From the NCBI GenBank assembly GCA_000989515.1, contig LBOM01000003.1, positions 15,411 through 79,410 of the forward strand: DNA of 64,000 bases, in the 5' to 3' direction. The position numbers and the translations under genes were made by a program. The stretch comes from Candidatus Nomurabacteria bacterium GW2011_GWE1_32_28. Lineage in GTDB: Bacteria; Patescibacteriota; Minisyncoccia; Phycocordibacterales; UBA9973. Of the stretch, positions 21,215 to 28,874 are shown piece after piece. The notes under the pieces are model-generated. The model was not told the origin of the DNA. It did not search any database and was given only the letters and a program-made list of their open reading frames with translations. Within the stretch, counting starts at the first letter, position 1; each line of letters opens with the position of its first letter.

Positions 21215-22183
21215 ATGTACGAATCCATAAAAAATTTTAATAAACAGTTTTTATATGAACCTGAAACGATAAATGAAGAAAATTTATTCAAAAAATCTAA
21301 TTTTATTGTAGTTGGTATGGGAGGTTCTGCGCTTGCTCCCCTTTTATTAAAAAAATACAAACCAGAAATTAGCATCATGATCCATAACAATTATGGATTA
21401 CCTCAAATCAGTAAAAAGGAATTAGAAAACAGTTTAATAATATTAAGTTCCTATTCTGGAAATACAGAAGAAGTGCTAGACGCATTTCAAAAAGCAAAAG
21501 AAAATAATCTAAGTATGGCTGTGATATCTGTCGGTGGAAAATTATTATCCCTAGCTAAAGAAAATGGTATTCCTTATATAAAATTACCAAATACTGGCAT
21601 ACAGCCTCGTATGGCTCTCGGTTATTCAATAAAAGCATTTCTTAAACTTATTGGAGATGAAGATGGATTAAAGGAAATTAGTAAACTATCTGAAATTCTT
21701 AATCCAAATGATTACGAAGAAACTGGGAAAATATTTGCTAAAAAATTAAAAAATTATGTTCCAATTATTTATACATCAAGTAATAATTTATCTATAGTTT
21801 ACAATTGGAAAATTAAATTAAATGAAACTGGCAAGATTCCTTCTTTCTATAATGTTCTTCCAGAATTAAATCATAATGAAATGACCGGTTTTGATGTCGT
21901 AGACGCGACAAAAGAATTAAGTAATAAATTCTATTTTATTATTTTAAAAGACGAAGAAGATGATGAAAGAATAATAAATAGAATGAATATATTAGAAAAA
22001 TTATATAAAGATAGAAATCTAAAAGTAGAAATAATAGAAATAAAAGGAAATGACATTTGGCATAAGATATTTTCATCACTCGTATTGGCAGACTGGACTG
22101 CATATTACACAGCATTAGAATATGAACAAGACCCAGAACAAGTCCCCATGGTAGAAGAACTTAAAAAACTCATTACGAAATAA
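21215..22183 (+). CDS. bifunctional phosphoglucose/phosphomannose isomerase (archaeal type)
   Basis: GMGGSA, SYSGNTEE, QPRMA, NETGK, PELNHNE. Confidence 0.92.
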   Translation: MYESIKNFNKQFLYEPETINEENLFKKSNFIVVGMGGSALAPLLLKKYKPEISIMIHNNYGLPQISKKELENSLIILSSYSGNTEEVLDAFQKAKENNLSMAVISVGGKLLSLAKENGIPYIKLPNTGIQPRMALGYSIKAFLKLIGDEDGLKEISKLSEILNPNDYEETGKIFAKKLKNYVPIIYTSSNNLSIVYNWKIKLNETGKIPSFYNVLPELNHNEMTGFDVVDATKELSNKFYFIILKDEEDDERIINRMNILEKLYKDRNLKVEIIEIKGNDIWHKIFSSLVLADWTAYYTALEYEQDPEQVPMVEELKKLITK

Positions 22184-22414
22184 TAATAATTCCTTCTTTA
22201 TTTTTCTCTTTCCTAATATTATCAAAAATATCAAAACAGTCCTCTTTGTTTATATCCCAATCAGGATGAGAAACCTTATAATCTTCAATTATATATAGAA
22301 CTTTTGGAAAAGCATTTATATAAATATATGTGTGAATAAAGTGATTAATCCCCTTTTTTTGTTTATGTGTATAGTTTGGTACGCTATTGGAACCAATTTG
22401 TTGCGAAATAAGGA

Positions 22415-22960
22415 CTAAATTAGATTCTTTATTTTATTTATAACCAACCCAGCTTCTTCTGTAATTTCATTATTTAAAGTTTCTTTTATTATATTCAATT
22501 TTTCTATACTTTCTTCTATATATTTCTCTGGTGAAATTTTAAGCATACTCCATATATCAAATCCTTCTTCAATAGCAGTAATTATAGCTCTCCTATTATC
22601 TAATAAATCAGCTCCACTTATTGCTTTAATTTCATTGTCAGCTATTTTAAGATTTTCTAAATAAGCTAATCTTCTTTTTTCTTTTGGTAAATCTTTATTT
22701 AGAGTAACTCCTTTTACTAATTGTGCCACTCGTGAATTAAACATTTTTATAATATCTTCTTCTGTATATTTTGTATCTTCTATGATATCGTGCAAAATTC
22801 CAGCAATAATTACATCTTCAGAATATTTAGCTGATTGAAGAATATATCCAACAGAAAGTGGATGAATAATATAAGGTTTGTTGTCTTTTCGTAATTGTCC
22901 TTCATGTGCTTCCTTTGCAAAAAGAATAGCCTTAGTAATATTTTCAGATATTAATTTCAT
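22415..22960 (-). CDS. HD-domain protein, small alarmone hydrolase/MESH1-like
   Basis: AHEGQLRK..PYIIHP, LHDIIEDT. Confidence 0.85.
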   Translation of the reverse strand: MKLISENITKAILFAKEAHEGQLRKDNKPYIIHPLSVGYILQSAKYSEDVIIAGILHDIIEDTKYTEEDIIKMFNSRVAQLVKGVTLNKDLPKEKRRLAYLENLKIADNEIKAISGADLLDNRRAIITAIEEGFDIWSMLKISPEKYIEESIEKLNIIKETLNNEITEEAGLVINKIKNLI

Positions 22961-22986
22961 AAATTAATTATACACTAATTTCAATG

Positions 22987-23073
22987 CGGAGGCGGTGAGA
23001 TTCGAACTCACGGTTCCGATTAAGGAACGGCGGTTTAGTAAACCGCTGGTTTAAACCACTCACCCACGCCTCC
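22987..23073 (-). tRNA. tRNA-Ser with ACT anticodon
   Basis: Acceptor GGAGGCG/CGCCTCC, G73, anticodon arm GCGGT-TTACTAA-ACCGC, variable arm GTTCC/GGAAC, T arm GTGAG-TTCGAAT-CTCAC. Confidence 0.9.
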
Positions 23074-23164
23074 GTAGGTATATTTTATTAATGAAAAGAG
23101 TATATCAGAAAAATGTAAAAATACAAAAAACGTGTTAAAGTAATTAAGTTATTAAACATTAGAT

Positions 23165-23253
23165 GGAGACGTGTCAGAGTGGTCTAACGTACCTCTTTGC
23201 TAAAGAGGCAGGGGCTTCAAAACCCCTCGCGAGTTCGAATCTCGCCGTCTCCG
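23165..23253 (+). tRNA. tRNA-Ser(GCT)
   Basis: GGAGACG/CGTCTCC, anticodon arm CCTCT-TTGCTAA-AGAGG, long variable arm. Confidence 0.95.
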
Positions 23254-23255
23254 CT

Positions 23256-25526
23256 ATGGAATTAGCGGACAAACTTGAAACAAAATTTCGCTTAGATATC
23301 AATCAAAAAAAAGCTTTACATAAGTTAAATCTTTTTTCTGTTCACGACTTATTATTTCACTTCCCTGTTCGATATAGTGATATGAGCGAAATAAAAAAAA
23401 TATCAGAATTAGTTACTGGTGAAGTAGCCACAGTCTATGGAAAAGTTTCAAACTTAAAAACAAAAAAAGGGTTTAAATCTAAGATACCTATGGGTGAAGC
23501 AGAGATAGAAGACTTATCTGGAAAAATAAAAATCACTTGGTTTCATCAAGCATATTTAGCAAAAATGATCCACGAAGGAGACAATGTAAAACTCACAGGA
23601 AAAGTAACAGAAAGCAAATATGGATTATATTTAGCAAATCCAGAATTTGAAAGAACAAGCCTTATGCCAATAGATTCCCATGATTCTTTATTTACAAAAG
23701 GAGACATGAACAATCAAGGATATTCATTCCCTATTTATCACGAAACAAAAGGAATAACTTCAAAATGGTTTTACCATGCAATAGAAAAAATATTGAGAGA
23801 TAAAACATTAGATAATATAGAAGACTATATTCCAAAAGATATTTTAAAAAAATACAATCTTCCAACCTTAAAAACCTCTCTAGTCTGGATTCATAAACCA
23901 AAAGATGCACGTGATGCAGAATCTGCAAGAAAAAGATTTGCTTTTGAAGAAGTTTTTTGTATCCAAATAGAACGCCAACATGATAAATTGGAGTATAAAA
24001 AAAATAAATCTTTTCAAATAAAAACAAAAGTAAAAGAAAAAGATGAATTTGTAAAACGCTTCCCTTTCACTCCTACTGACTCTCAAAAGAAATCTATACA
24101 AACAATATTAGAAGATATGGGTAAAACTTTTCCAATGTCGAGACTATTGGAAGGCGATGTCGGCAGTGGAAAGACAGCTGTCGCAGCTACAGCTGCGTAT
24201 ACCACTGTTATCCAAACTCCAAACGGGCAAGGATTTGGTAATTTACAGGTAGCCTATATGGCTCCAACTGAGATATTGGCAGCACAGCATTTTGAATCTT
24301 TTATAAAATATTTTAAACATCTACCTATTAACATAGGGCTCATCACAGGCTCTGGTTGTCGTAAATTCCCTTCTAAAGTAGCTTCAAGTATTTTGAAGCC
24401 AGCAGACATACCTAGAGGAGTATTCGCTACAAACAGAAAAAACTTGCCCTCCCAAAATGAAATACAAACGACGGCAGGTATGTCTGCTGGCTTTCAAAAT
24501 TGGACCAATATATCTCGCACACAACTTTTAAAATGGACAGCAGAAGGAACAATACCCATTTTGATAGGCACACACGCCCTCATTCAAAAAACAGTTAAAT
24601 TCAAAAACTTGGCATTGGTTGTAATAGATGAACAACATAGATTTGGTACAGCACAAAGAAGAAAACTTGTAAGAAAAGACAACATCGCACCTCATTTGCT
24701 TTCAATGACAGCGACACCTATTCCCCGCACATTAGCACTAACAGTATATGGAGATCTTGATTTATCTTTACTTAATGAAATGCCAACAGGAAGAAAACAA
24801 ATAATTACAGAAATTATTACTCCAAATAAACGTGACGAAATATATGAAGAAATAAGAAAAGAATTAAAGAATGGTAGACAACTTTATGTGATATGCCCTA
24901 GAATTGATGAACCAGATCCAGTAAAAGAAATGGCCGTTCAAGCCAAATCAGCAATAGCAGAAGCTAAACGTCTTAAAAAAGAAGTATTTCAAGAATATGA
25001 AATAGGTGTGCTACACAGCAAAATGAGCAAAGAAAAAAAAGAGAAAGTAATGCAGGATTTTACAGAAGGTAAAATAAATATACTATGCGCAACTTCTGTT
25101 ATAGAAGTCGGCGTGAATGTACCAAATGCAACTATAATAATAATAGAAGGAGCAGAAAGATTCGGACTTGCTCAACTCCATCAACTTCGCGGACGAGTAA
25201 TAAGAAGCAATCATCAAGCATATTGTTATATTTTTGCTGATGCAAAATCTGACAAGACTATTCAAAGATTAAAAGCACTCAAAACTGCAAAAAATGGTTT
25301 TGAATTAGCAGAATTAGATCTCACACTTCGTGGCTCTGGTGAACTTGGAGGAAATAAACAATGGGGTATTTCTGATTTAGGAATGGAAGCAGTAAAAAAT
25401 TTGAAAATGGTAGAAGCCGCTCGCACCGAAGCCATTCGTCTAGTATCTATAGATCCAGAACTAAAAAACTACCCATTACTTAAATCTAAGGTAAAAGAAA
25501 AAGCTGGAGAGTTTCATTTTGAATAA
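23256..25526 (+). CDS. recG: ATP-dependent DNA helicase RecG
   Basis: GDVGSGKT, DEQHRFG, MTATPIPRTL, QLHQLRGRV; start re-called after the tRNA (MELADK). Confidence 0.96.
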   Translation: MELADKLETKFRLDINQKKALHKLNLFSVHDLLFHFPVRYSDMSEIKKISELVTGEVATVYGKVSNLKTKKGFKSKIPMGEAEIEDLSGKIKITWFHQAYLAKMIHEGDNVKLTGKVTESKYGLYLANPEFERTSLMPIDSHDSLFTKGDMNNQGYSFPIYHETKGITSKWFYHAIEKILRDKTLDNIEDYIPKDILKKYNLPTLKTSLVWIHKPKDARDAESARKRFAFEEVFCIQIERQHDKLEYKKNKSFQIKTKVKEKDEFVKRFPFTPTDSQKKSIQTILEDMGKTFPMSRLLEGDVGSGKTAVAATAAYTTVIQTPNGQGFGNLQVAYMAPTEILAAQHFESFIKYFKHLPINIGLITGSGCRKFPSKVASSILKPADIPRGVFATNRKNLPSQNEIQTTAGMSAGFQNWTNISRTQLLKWTAEGTIPILIGTHALIQKTVKFKNLALVVIDEQHRFGTAQRRKLVRKDNIAPHLLSMTATPIPRTLALTVYGDLDLSLLNEMPTGRKQIITEIITPNKRDEIYEEIRKELKNGRQLYVICPRIDEPDPVKEMAVQAKSAIAEAKRLKKEVFQEYEIGVLHSKMSKEKKEKVMQDFTEGKINILCATSVIEVGVNVPNATIIIIEGAERFGLAQLHQLRGRVIRSNHQAYCYIFADAKSDKTIQRLKALKTAKNGFELAELDLTLRGSGELGGNKQWGISDLGMEAVKNLKMVEAARTEAIRLVSIDPELKNYPLLKSKVKEKAGEFHFE
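24390..24500. mobile_element. 111-bp inverted-repeat element in frame inside recG
   Basis: attttgaagccagcagacatacct ... aggtatgtctgctggctttcaaaat; length equals 37 codons. Confidence 0.8.
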
Positions 25527-25531
25527 AATTG

Positions 25532-25605
25532 TCCGCCCTCTACGATTCGAACGTAGGACCCTCGAGGTATAAGCTCGATGCTCTAACCAACTGAGCTAAG
25601 GGCGG
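25532..25605 (-). tRNA. tRNA-Ile(TAT)
   Basis: CCGCCCT/AGGGCGG, A73, anticodon arm TCGAG-CTTATAC-CTCGA. Confidence 0.92.
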
Positions 25606-25844
25606 ATGTTTATATTATCTAAAAATTTTCTTCCTTGTCCAGATTTTAAAAATTTTTCTCTTTTCATCGCTTCTATTTTTGTTTTATATTCCTCAGAATA
25701 GATTAACATAAAAGGTTTATTTTGTCTCGTAAAAGAATTTTTTCCAGAATTATGTTCCATTAATCTCTCTTTTGTAGACTTACTTGTAAAGCCAACATAT
25801 CTTTTTCCATTTTTTAAACTTCTTAAAACATAGATATTAAACAT
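25596..25844 (-). CDS. small GIY-YIG nuclease (UPF0213-like)
   Basis: IYVL...YVGFT...RL.EHN...A.KRE..LKS; the stop codon lies inside the tRNA. Confidence 0.92.
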   Translation of the reverse strand: MFNIYVLRSLKNGKRYVGFTSKSTKERLMEHNSGKNSFTRQNKPFMLIYSEEYKTKIEAMKREKFLKSGQGRKFLDNINIRP

Positions 25845-25866
25845 AAATATATTAAATTAATGGACA

Positions 25867-25911
25867 GAGCTTGAGCCAAAGGCTCATCAGCCTCTGGCTG
25901 AAAGGGCGGAT
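25867..25911 (-). repeat. duplicated tRNA-Ile 5' end interrupted by a 30-nt double hairpin
   Basis: ATCCGCCCTT [TCAGCCAGAGGCTGA TGAGCCTTTGGCTCA] AGCTC versus tRNA ATCCGCCCTT AGCTC. Confidence 0.85.
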
Positions 25912-25959
25912 ATAAATACACTATATTATTTTAAAAATAAAAACAATGTATTTTATATT

Positions 25960-27882
25960 TTATGCTTTTATTTCTTCTATCTTCTTTGGCATTATTCCAT
26001 TTGCAGTTATTATTTTATTGTATTCCTCCTGTTCTAATGTTTCAACTTCAATAAGTTTGTTTGCAATGGCAGACAAAGCTTTTCTATTTTCTGTCAAAAC
26101 TTTTTCAGCTGATTTTATTCCGTCATTTATAATTCTTGAAACCTCAGAATCAATCTTAGTAGAAACGGTTTCAGAATAAGGATCTTCACTTCTCTCTCCC
26201 CAATTTAATTTACCACCATCACTTCCAAAAGTGACTGGTCCAATTACATCAGACATCCCCCATCTTGTCACCATAGCACGAGCAAGATTTGTAGCCACCT
26301 GCAAATCACTAGATGGTCCTGTAGTAATATCACCAAAAATCATCTTTTCAGCTACATATCCACCTAAAGACATTGCAATATCATCTATAAATTCTTTTTT
26401 AGACTGCAAACGTCTTTCTTCAAGAGGAAGTTTTAATGTGTATCCTCCAGCATTACCACGAGCGATAATAGAAACTTTGTGTACGGGATCAGCATTTGGA
26501 AGAACAGACGCTACAAGAGCATGTCCTGCCTCATGATATGCTGTGATCTCTTTTTCTTTTTTAGAAAGTAAATGGCTTTTTCTCTCAGGACCAAGCATTA
26601 CTTTTTCAATAGCACGAATTAAATCAAATTGAAAAACTTTTTTACGATTCTCACGTGCTGCAAGTATCGCTCCTTCATTCATCAAAGAATACAAATCAGC
26701 ACCAGAGAATCCAGGAGTTCTTTCTGCAATTAATTTTAAATTAATATCTTCTGCTAGTGGTTTTAATAATGCATGGATATTAAGAATCTCTTCACGATCA
26801 ACACGATCTGGTAAATCAAGCATTACCTTTCTGTCAAATCGTCCTGGACGAATGAGTGCAGGATCAAGAACATCAGGTCTGTTTGTAGCTGCCATAACAA
26901 TAACTTTTTCATTAGGCTCAAAACCATCCATCTCAACTAAAATTTGATTTAATGTTTGTTCCCTTTCATCATTTCCACCCCCAAAACCACCACCACGAGT
27001 TCGTCCGATAGCATCTATCTCATCCATAAATATGATGGCCGGTGCAGCTTTTTTAGCCATTTTAAATAAATCACGCACACGTGAAGCACCTACTCCGACA
27101 AACATTTCAACAAATTCTGACCCAGATAAATGAAAAAATGGAACACCTGCTTCCCCCGCTACTGCACGGGCAAGCAATGTCTTTCCTGTTCCTGGAGCAC
27201 CAGTCAAAATTACCCCTTTAGGAATTCTTGCACCAATATCTAAAAACTTTTTAGGATTTTTCAAAAAATCTACAATTTCTTTTAATTCTTCTTTTGCTTC
27301 TTTACATCCAGCAACATCTTTAAAAGTTACTTTATTGTTTTTATCATTTGGATCTGTAATGCGAGCCTTGGATTGACCAAAAGAAAATGCTTGCATTCCA
27401 GCACCCTTAACTTGTCGTGAGATGTACCAAAAGAAAAATATAATAAAAAGAATTGGCAAAAGAAAAGGTAATAAATTCATAACCCAATACCCAAAACCAC
27501 TTTCATTTTTAACTTCTATATTTGTAAGAGCTAAAGATTCTGGTTTTACTCCATAATTAAAAAGCGTCTGAGAAAGAGATGATTCTATCTCTTTTTTAGA
27601 AATTTTCTCTTCATCATTTTTATATGTAATAGTTAACTTTTCTCCTTCCACTAAAATAGTCCTAACCTCCCCTGCTGTAACACTTTTTGCTAATTCTGAA
27701 ATAGGAACTTCTAAAGTCTCCTTATTGGTTCCAGATACCATTATATAAAGAGCTGTAATAGTCATAAATATCAAAATAGCTCCAAGCATACTGCCTGAAA
27801 ACCTAGGGTTTTCTTTTCTCTTTTTACCTTTATTCTTAACTTTATCCTTAATATCTTTTTGATTTAAAAAATTAAAATCCAT
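25960..27882 (-). CDS. ftsH: ATP-dependent zinc metalloprotease FtsH
   Basis: Two TMs, [16 protein letters not shown]. Confidence 0.98.
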   Translation of the reverse strand: MDFNFLNQKDIKDKVKNKGKKRKENPRFSGSMLGAILIFMTITALYIMVSGTNKETLEVPISELAKSVTAGEVRTILVEGEKLTITYKNDEEKISKKEIESSLSQTLFNYGVKPESLALTNIEVKNESGFGYWVMNLLPFLLPILFIIFFFWYISRQVKGAGMQAFSFGQSKARITDPNDKNNKVTFKDVAGCKEAKEELKEIVDFLKNPKKFLDIGARIPKGVILTGAPGTGKTLLARAVAGEAGVPFFHLSGSEFVEMFVGVGASRVRDLFKMAKKAAPAIIFMDEIDAIGRTRGGGFGGGNDEREQTLNQILVEMDGFEPNEKVIVMAATNRPDVLDPALIRPGRFDRKVMLDLPDRVDREEILNIHALLKPLAEDINLKLIAERTPGFSGADLYSLMNEGAILAARENRKKVFQFDLIRAIEKVMLGPERKSHLLSKKEKEITAYHEAGHALVASVLPNADPVHKVSIIARGNAGGYTLKLPLEERRLQSKKEFIDDIAMSLGGYVAEKMIFGDITTGPSSDLQVATNLARAMVTRWGMSDVIGPVTFGSDGGKLNWGERSEDPYSETVSTKIDSEVSRIINDGIKSAEKVLTENRKALSAIANKLIEVETLEQEEYNKIITANGIMPKKIEEIKA

Positions 27883-27940
27883 ATGAAGATAATAGCATAA
27901 AAAACATAAAAATTAAAATTTTTTATTTAATTAAATTTTG

Positions 27941-28339
27941 TGGAGATGCGGGGAATTGAACCCCGGTGCAGAAGATTTTTGTAAATAAATCTATATGTTT
28001 AGTACATTTTTTTGTTTTAAATCAAAAAATTCTTAAATGAACAAAATATTTTTCAATCGATTCCCTTTGTTTTGGAAAAAGTCAGGACACTCTTTTCCCT
28101 ATCCCGATAATATTATGCCTTAACTTATATATCGGAAGTCTATAAGAAAGACACCAGCTTACGCTAAAGCGTATGCTGGAGCAAAAGCAAAGTCCTTCAT
28201 ACCGAAATATGGAGAAACTGAAGCTTTCACTTTAGCAGTCAATTTTGCAATTAACATTTGAACGAAGTTTTACGAGATTACGTACATTCTCGACATGCAT
28301 ATTAAACAATTGAATCAACTGTCTATGCCTTGCATCCCC
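27941..28339 (-). ncRNA. ssrA: tmRNA
   Basis: 5' GGGGATG, 3' GGTTCAATTCCCCGCATCTCCA, G3:U70, tag ORF ending YALA*, directly after smpB. Confidence 0.95.
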
Positions 28340-28350
28340 ATATTTTTTTA

Positions 28351-28797
28351 TCAACGTCCTTTTACTTCTCTCCTTATCTCACGATCAGTATCGCGTTTTT
28401 TTATACTCTCACGTTTATCTTGTTTTTTCTTTCCTTTAACTAAAGCAATTTCGACTTTAATTTTTCTACCTTTATTATACACTGAAATTGGTACTATTGT
28501 CAAACTCTTATTCTTCTCACTACTTATGAGTATCAATATTTCTTTTTTAGTAAGTAAAAGTTTTCTATTACGAAGTGGATCATAATCCTTTGGTGTATTA
28601 TTAACCTGAAAAGGTGGAATATTTGAATTAATTAAAAACACTTCCCCTCCTCTAACAATAACAAAGGCCCCTTCTAGGGACATTTGTCCACTTCTCACAG
28701 ATTTAACTTCAATACCAAAAAGCTCAATACCTGCTTCGTATTTTTCTAAGATTTCATAATTAAATCTCGCTTTTCTATTTTGAGCATAGTTGGCCAT
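28351..28797 (-). CDS. smpB: SsrA-binding protein
   Basis: NRKARFNY, EAGIEL.G.EVKS, RKLLL, DKRE. Confidence 0.97.
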   Translation of the reverse strand: MANYAQNRKARFNYEILEKYEAGIELFGIEVKSVRSGQMSLEGAFVIVRGGEVFLINSNIPPFQVNNTPKDYDPLRNRKLLLTKKEILILISSEKNKSLTIVPISVYNKGRKIKVEIALVKGKKKQDKRESIKKRDTDREIRREVKGR

Positions 28798-28874
28798 AAA
28801 TATATACTAACATTTGGAAGAATCAATAAAAAGCTCCTTCTTGATAAAAAGGAAAATTGTGCTAAAATATATAA

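Noticed and set aside
22987-23073. Reading the tRNA loop TTACTAA as a CTA amber suppressor
   Set aside because: The 5-bp stem GCGGT/ACCGC and U33 fix the anticodon as ACT; CTA would need an off-centre loop with A33.
23163-23255. 31-aa N-terminal extension of RecG in the ORF track
   Set aside because: It is the tRNA-Ser(GCT) gene read as codons; RecG-like sequence starts at 23256.
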